DNA from: Paramecium tetraurelia
Lineage: Eukaryota
Length of the DNA stretch: 58,326 nt
Reading direction: 5' to 3'
Assembly (NCBI GenBank): GCA_000165425.1
Contig: CT868152.1
Location: forward strand, 496,001 to 554,326
The notes under the pieces were generated by a model, which saw only the letters and a program-made list of their open reading frames with translations, was not told the DNA's origin and searched no databases. A program made the position numbers and the translations under genes. Of this stretch, positions 51,015 to 58,326 are shown piece after piece (position 1 is the first letter of the stretch; each line of letters opens with the position of its first letter).

Positions 51015-54000
51015 ATGTTAATTCAAATGACTTAAACAGAATCCATCTTGCGAGGAGGTGGTTGTGGATCTTGGAAAGCAAACTACACGAATTCAGGAAT
51101 CTCAATGTTGAATAATCAAAACCTCCAGAATTTCTTTAAGAAGTTCAATTTTTATGTTGAGTAAATTTGCTAGAAGGCTGTTGTTGCTGCTGATTAATCA
51201 GAATCTTAAGAAATAATGATAGCTTTATAATGGTTTAAATTTTAAGAAGAAAATATTTACAGTCTTAATAAGAATGCCTAAAGTGTAGTGAAATCATACG
51301 ATTTAATTTTTGGGGGAATCCAAAAGTTATTGAATAGCTGTTTGACCTACATTCGAACAGATTCATTTAAGTGTTTATCTATCTTATAGACAACAGCATC
51401 TCTATCTAAAGTCATATTTAGCTTCCATGTAATAAATGAGGAAAGATTTATGAAATGTGATTTATAAAAGAATATTTTGGACCTCTCTGATGAAATAAGA
51501 CAACATATGGAAATAGAGAAAAATGATTTGATTCAAAATTAAATGGAACTCTATCTTTTCTTAATAAAAACTTCTTTTTAGATTGCACCTAATAATAGTA
51601 ATGAAAGGGAAGAAATCTTAAAAGGATGCTTAAGTGGTATTATTAGTTCAATATCTTAAATGAAGCCAAACGAAGAACTGCTTCAATCATTATTTCAAGG
51701 TGCTTGTCACCTTTACAAATTGTATGTTATAAACAATAATAAAAAATAATATGAAGTTTATTTCTAAATAGACATGTTGTAATGGGAGATAATAAGTTAT
51801 TTTAAGAATGACAAAATTGTAAACTCTAGAAGAAATAATTTCACAAGTTGAGGAAATATATGATAAAATTGTGAAAAATTCAAATGATTGGAAATATCAT
51901 TATCTTTGGGTTTAAATGATCGGGAATATCTTATAATATAATCCTCTATTAACAAAACTCAAATTAAGTCAGTTGATAAACACAGAAAATATTGGAGTAA
52001 AGTCAGATCAAATTTGGAAGGAATATCAAAGAAAAGGATTACTAATTCAGATGAATCATTGTAATGACTAAGCCCTTATCCTACTCAATTAATTTTAAGA
52101 TAAATAATTAAGTTAAATTGATAGAACGATATTAAAAACCTGTTTCAAAGAATGGGATGTTTTTTTATTACTTAAAGATTTTCTCATAAATGAAAAACAT
52201 CAAAATATCTCTTTTACATTTGGATCCTATTTAAAAAGCAAATTAGAAATTCAAGGATAAGAACTTGAATAAAATGTAAATATAGTGGCGATTAACAATA
52301 TAAAAAAGTTTTTAGGTTTTTATGTTTCTAATAAGTTACTAATTTTAATTCAAATAAATACTGAGAAATTGGAAGAAGCAATTAAACTTTGTAGAAACTT
52401 TACATAAGATAAGTAATATGATGAAAATTTAAAATTAAAAATTCTTTCACAATAAATACAAAAAATTATTCAAAATTTAGACATCTACCTTTAAAACACA
52501 TAGGTGCTTCTTAAAATTATGAGACTAAATTAAAGCAAATAGAAAAATGGAGAGGAAGTTAAGAATTTTGAAAAATTTAATAAACTGTTGAGACTATAAC
52601 AAATATTATAATTATATATCATTTTAGATTAAGATTAAAATTAAGATTAAGGAAGTCAAACACAACATCAAAAGATAGTAATTGCCAACAATGATATTGA
52701 GGAGTGGAGAAAATTAATTTTCGATGAGTTAAATAACATTGATTTTAAAGAAGATAAATTTTCAAGTCTGCAGTTAACATCAAACCTACAAAATAGTAAA
52801 AAAAAAATTAGGAGAGAAGTTGAAAATTTGATTGAAAATTATTAGAAAGAAATTTAAAAATTAGAATTATCTTATATTCAAAATGACTTATTGCAATATT
52901 TTTAGATCTTAGTCAATAATCTAAATTTAAATTATGAAAACAAGTATTATGAATTTTAAAACCATTTTTCAGAATATTATAAATACCTTCAAGGAATTAT
53001 GATCATTATGTCTAAAATTGAGACAGTCCCGTCAAGGGTTGATCTGAAAAAAGTTAAATAAGCTCTTTCTGATTTGCAGTTGCTAAAATTTCTAGAAAAA
53101 TTAAGGTAAAGCAATTTAAAGCTAAAATTAAATTTGGTTGCTTCAAAGAAGTCTTTTTCATTTTTATTAGAAAAAGCAAAATTAGAGGAATTAAGAAAAT
53201 TGTCTGAAATTATAAATCTTAATCGGTTTCTATTCAATATAATTGAAGAGTTTCCAGAAAGAATTATGACAAAAAGGACAAATTTTGATAGATTAATTTA
53301 CACTGAATTACAAAATATTGAAATCACAGGAGATGACTTTGAATTTAGGTTATCGAAGTAAAAAGGTATAATTAAATCCCTCCTATTTAAATAAAGTTTA
53401 AATGAAAAACAGTTTGAATAAGTAGGAAATGATTTAGAGATGTTTGAGAAGGAATTTGGAGATTAATTCACCAAATAATCTTTTTCATTGTAGAAAATTT
53501 AGAAAATTTTTTAAGATTTAGAAGTTGATAAATCTAAAGAAAAGATGGAAAAAAAAAAACTAAATTCATTAGAAATAAAATTGGAAAAAGAAAAATATGA
53601 AATGTTTTTGTCTCAATTAAAAGAAATTGAAGATTTTAGAAAATTTTTATAGATTGAAAATTGGAACAAATTAAAACAATAAACAGAAACGGTGATTCAA
53701 ACATTGGAAAAATTTGAATGCCCAAACAAGACCATTTTTTTAAAGTTAATAAATTTAGAGCTAAACCAATTACAAACTCTAATAAGCTAATAACAAATAA
53801 ATCATGAAGAATAGTAAGTTTAGATATCTCCAATAAGACATGAGAGAGTTGATGTGATAGACAATGATAAATGCTTTTAAATTGAATTAATTTAATAGAT
53901 TCATTTAGAGGCAGGAAAAAGTGAAAATGTTGTTGATACCACTTAAAATGGCTAGAAATTTAATTTTTCGAGCAATGAAAGCTATAGAGTTTACCTATCA

Positions 54001-57000
54001 TTCATAACAAAGGTAGTAAAGATAAAATAACTAATAATGAAAGAAGAGATGGTGCTATTAAGCAATTTACTTGAAGAAGTTACTTTTTTTTCTAATACAT
54101 TTTGTTAAATTGAAAAGTATGAAAAAACAATTTAAACTGAATTCTAAGACAAATTTTAAGATGGGATTAAAGAATTTATTAAAAAGTTAGAGTAATTACA
54201 ATTTTCATATGTTAATTTAGAATAGAAAAAAGATGAAAATTTTCATTCATATATGGAAAGTTTGGAAATCAAGTTATTTAATAGGGAAAAAGATCAAGTG
54301 GCGACTCAAATTAAGATAAACATCTTTGATTTTCTTGATTGCTTAGAATTTTATTTATTAGAAAAATTAGCCTAAACAAGATGTTTTTCAAACTTCAAAA
54401 TCGAATAAGATTTTCTAATCCAATAAATAAAAAAATTATACTGTGAAGAAAGCAGTGAAGAATTTGAAAAAGAAGAAGAATCAAATTTATTAGATAATTT
54501 GGTTCAAAGGTTCTAAGACTTTAAAAATAATGAATAATGGAAAATTAAATAGGGTTTAGTGTTTACTATAATTTAGATTTCAACTAATTGTTTTTCAGAT
54601 TCTATAACTTCTTTTTGTTAGAAGGTCTTAATCTAATTATGGGTTTAAGAAAAAGATCAAAGAATTCGAAATTTTTTAAAGAATTAACAACTAATAAGCA
54701 TGTAAATGTAGATTTTGTAGAAAGATTGGTCTACCTAACATGATAGAATTGCAAAGAAGATGTAGGAGATGTTGAGAAGGATTGATGAATTGTAAGAATA
54801 AATTTCTCATGAAGCTAATCTTAATAAGCGAGATCTCTATTTGAAAGAACTAGATGAAACAACCGAGCAATTGGATTAATAAATTGAAAATATAAGTGAA
54901 ATGGGTTAATAACTTAGACTGATAACTGATTTTGTTAATCATATCCGAAAAGGTTTAATTAGAATAGAAGGTAAAATCAATGAAATGAAGGAATAACTGA
55001 ATACAATTGGTAATGATATTAAATTTTTGAGAGGAAAATCTATTGAGTAGCTATTTGAAATTAGAAAATGGAAAGTGTTGAAAGAAGCAGCCTACAAAAA
55101 TGCTAAGTCAATTTATGTACCATTACAAACCCAAGAGATAGGGAAGGAGGAGTGGAGCATTTTGATGAATTTCGAAAATTTAAATGATCCAGGAGCAGAG
55201 GTGAATGAGTTTTTATTACAAGAGTTGCCTGAGGAAAAAAAAACAGTCTTATTGATACATGGTTAAGCTGGATCCGGCAAAAGTACTACAGCAAAGAAAA
55301 TAGAAGAATTTATATGGAAATTACATAATAACAATTAAAAAATCAGAAATCAAGTGCTCATACCTGTTTATATCTCATTGCCTTCTTTAAAAAACCCAGT
55401 TTTTCAAGCTGTAGATGAGGCACTGCGTCAAGATGAGTATGGTTTTGACTGGCTCTAATTAAAAGAATGTAAAGAGTTGTTGAAAAAGAAGGAATTCAAA
55501 TTTTTATTGATAATGGACAGTTATGATGAGATGAAACTAGAGCATATTCAAAAAAATTTATATTTAAGTAACAAAGTAAATTCGATTTGGTCAAATCCGC
55601 TTGTTATCTTTACAACTAGAAGTGACATTTTTACAAGTAGGAATTATACCACATGGTTTTAACCAGAAAAAAAGGAAGAATTGAAAGAAGTTTAGCTTCT
55701 AAAATTTAATGAAGCATAAATGAAGTAATATCTAAAAAAATACACAATTTAGACTATTAAAATGAAAATTTTTGAAGTATATGAACAGTATATAGAAATT
55801 TCCAATCGAGGAGTTGTTGATATTAAGAAGTTTGATTTTTGTTGGGAGAAATTCATCTCATAATTTTAGATATCCGAAGTAACTAGTGAAAATCTTTTGA
55901 ATGAGAAATAAATTGAGAGCATATTATAATTTCTTTAAGATGATGAGCTAATAGCATTAAAAAGTATTGAAGCTTTGAGAAGTTTAAGAATAAATTTACA
56001 AAAACTTTGGAGTTTTGAAAGATATGAATAAATCATAAGGAAAATAAACTTAAATCAGTTGGTGGAAACTCCTTATATGATGGAAATTGTGGTTTAAGTA
56101 TTGCCAGATATGGTGACTAAAGCAACTGAGATAAATAATGTGAAATAAAATTTTCTTAAGAATTTCCCAAATATGCTTAAAGTATTTTAAGATAGTCAAT
56201 TTTTTATCTAAATGTATAAAATGCATTAAAAATAACTTATAAATAAGTATAATTTTGAGATTGGAAAAGAAAATTATAATACAAATTAAGAGGATACTTT
56301 TACAGATTTGGAAAATTTAGAAATTATTAATTATTAAGAAATTACTCAAAAAATTTGGAATTTATTAGAAGAAAATTTAGTAACCATTTAATTTCATACC
56401 ACAAAAGAAGTAGACGATCTCAAAACAAAACTAGCAAAAATAAATATACCCAGCATTTTTGTGTTATCAAACAATATATTTGAAAAAATAGCAGATTAGG
56501 AGGAAACAATTATCTCTGTTGTTTGTGACGCACTACAATAATACAATCTAACAAGTTATGACTTTTATGAAGAGTTTATTAATTAGTATCATCTGACATA
56601 AATAGAAAAATTGAAAAACTTAGGGAAATCCATAAATATTAGTAGCTTTGTTCATGATTTAAACAAATTTTCAATTGAACTTGCCAAAAATATGAGTTTT
56701 AGGCAAGTAACTTAAATTTAGTATTAATAAAAAGGATTATTATATTTTGAGGAAAGATTTGAAGAAGAATGGTTGAATTAATTTTTTAATGATTATTCTA
56801 AGAATGGAAACTACAAAAAGGATGTGAGGAGTTGCTCTTTAATTAGATAGAAAGGTGCAAATTTTTCATTTGTGCACAAGTCCATTTAAGAGTTCTTGAT
56901 AGCATCAGATTTATTAGAAGTGTTAGTTTTATCTCAAAATCTAAATACCCAAATATTTAGTCGAATTCTATAAATTTTAGTGAAAGAAAAAACATAATCT

Positions 57001-58326
57001 GTCAATACTATCAAATGTATTGAGAGTTGGATGTAATAATCAAAATGTGGCACTTTCAAAACAATTATGCAATAAACTTTGAATATTCTTTAAATTATAA
57101 GGAGACACGAGTTAAATAAGATTGATTATTCAACTATTATATACAAAGAAACAAGAAAATATATGATATCAAAAATATAAAAAAAAGAATAAATAATAGA
57201 ATTTTTGAAATTTCTTGTTTATTTAACTGCATTCGATACAAGTTACATAATTTGTGGCTCAAACTCACTTAATTTATTAGTTGAGATGTAAGTTGATCTA
57301 ACTAGTCATAATTTTGAGAAAATAAGGATCAAAAATACTTCCTTGATAGGAGGTAATTTTGCTAAATGTAATTTAAGCTAATCTGAATTTGATAATGTGA
57401 ACATAAATGGAATTAATCTAAATGGAGCATAAATGTTCCACTGTAATTGGAAGAATCTTTAGTCTAACGATTTACATTCATTAATTGGTCATTCAAGTGC
57501 TGTTGCGTCAGTCAATTTCTCTCCTGATGGTACTATATTAGCATCTGGTAGTTATGATAACTCTATCCGTTTATGGGATGTTAAGACAGGATAATAAAAA
57601 GCCAAATTAGATGGTCATTCAAATTATGTTATGTCAGTCAATTTCTCTCCTGATAGTACTACATTAGCATCTGGTAGTTATGATAACTCTATCCGTTTAT
57701 GGGATGTTAAGACAGGATAATAAAAAGCCAAATTAGATGGTCATTCAAATTATGTTATGTCAGTCAATTTCTCTCCTGATGGTACTACATTAGCATCTGG
57801 TAGTTATGATAAGTCTATCCATTTATGGGATGTTAAGACAGGATAATAAAAAGCCAAATTTGATGGTCATTCTAATACAGTTTATTCAGTCAATTTCTCT
57901 CCTGATGGTACTACATTAGCATCTGGTAGTTATGATAACTCTATCCGTTTATGGGATGTTAAGACAGGATAATAAAAACCAATATTAGAAGGGCATTCAA
58001 GGTGTGTTAGATCTGTTTGTTTCTCTCCTGATGGTAATATATTAGCATCCGGTAGCGAAGATGAATCAATCCTTTTATGGAATGTTCAGACAAGATAATA
58101 AAAAACCAAATTAGTTGGCCATAAAAATAGAGTTTTTTCAGTCAACTTCTCTCCTGATGGCACTAAATTAGTTTCAGGTAGTGAAGATAACTCTGTTCGT
58201 TTATGGGATGTTGAGACAGGATTAGAGATGGCCAAATTAGATGGTCATTCAAGTGCTGTTGCGTCAGTCAATTTCTCTCCTGATGGTACTACATTAGCAT
58301 CAGGTAGTGAAGATGAACATATTCAT
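51015..58326 (+). CDS. NACHT NTPase - pentapeptide repeat - WD40 protein (NWD/HET-E-like), truncated by window end; one apparent +1 frameshift near 51815
   Basis: Walker A IHGQAGSGKST (~55255), Walker [11 protein letters not shown] (~55501), IFTTR, TPYMM, FVHKSIQEFL, pentapeptide-like [27 protein letters not shown] (~57350) and WD40 repeats from 57487. No introns detected in the stretches checked. Confidence 0.9.
57487..58326 (+). repeat. Tandem 126-nt near-identical WD40-coding repeats (7 units, last partial)
   Basis: Units start at 57487, 57613, 57739, 57865, 57991, 58117 and 58243; consensus [38 protein letters not shown]. Confidence 0.97.

Noticed and set aside
57487..58326. 126-bp direct repeats as a mobile element or CRISPR array
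   Set aside because: They are in-frame WD40 coding units with no spacers, terminal repeats or transposase.
676..58326. Abundant in-frame TAA/TAG as a sign of mass pseudogenisation or a novel code
   Set aside because: They fall at Gln-compatible positions in conserved proteins (e.g. TBP IQNVV); this is the known ciliate nuclear code.

Overview
AT-rich, very gene-dense ciliate macronuclear DNA, most likely Paramecium (inferred). TAA/TAG read as Gln, only TGA stops, introns are 22-31 nt GT..AG, and several intergenic gaps are only ~40 bp. The supplied ORF track treats TAA/TAG as stops, so it fragments or misses most genes. Read by hand in the ciliate code, the window holds about 24 protein genes: sortilin/VPS10, ANP32-like LRR, PTPA, PP2C, RRP12, a zinc-finger/SPRY protein, a Ser/Thr kinase, TBP, PPP1R36-like, an ER-type DnaJ, an SF1-like triple-KH protein, an axonemal-dynein-light-chain-domain/EF-hand protein, a PAS-like multipass membrane protein, RPL32, a cyclin, an ankyrin protein and several hypotheticals. 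It also has one tRNA-Val(AAC), an (ATTGT)31 microsatellite, a 43-N gap and some degenerate gene relics. Best candidates for new biology: (i) a 572-aa multipass membrane protein (46398-48141, minus) resembling PHTF/insect gustatory-receptor-type 7TM ion channels; (ii) a giant NLR-like NACHT-pentapeptide-WD40 gene (51015 to window end) with HET-E-like near-identical 126-nt WD repeats and an N-terminal LRGG|GCG motif suggesting protease cleavage followed by lipidation. All family assignments are by motif recognition; no searches were run.
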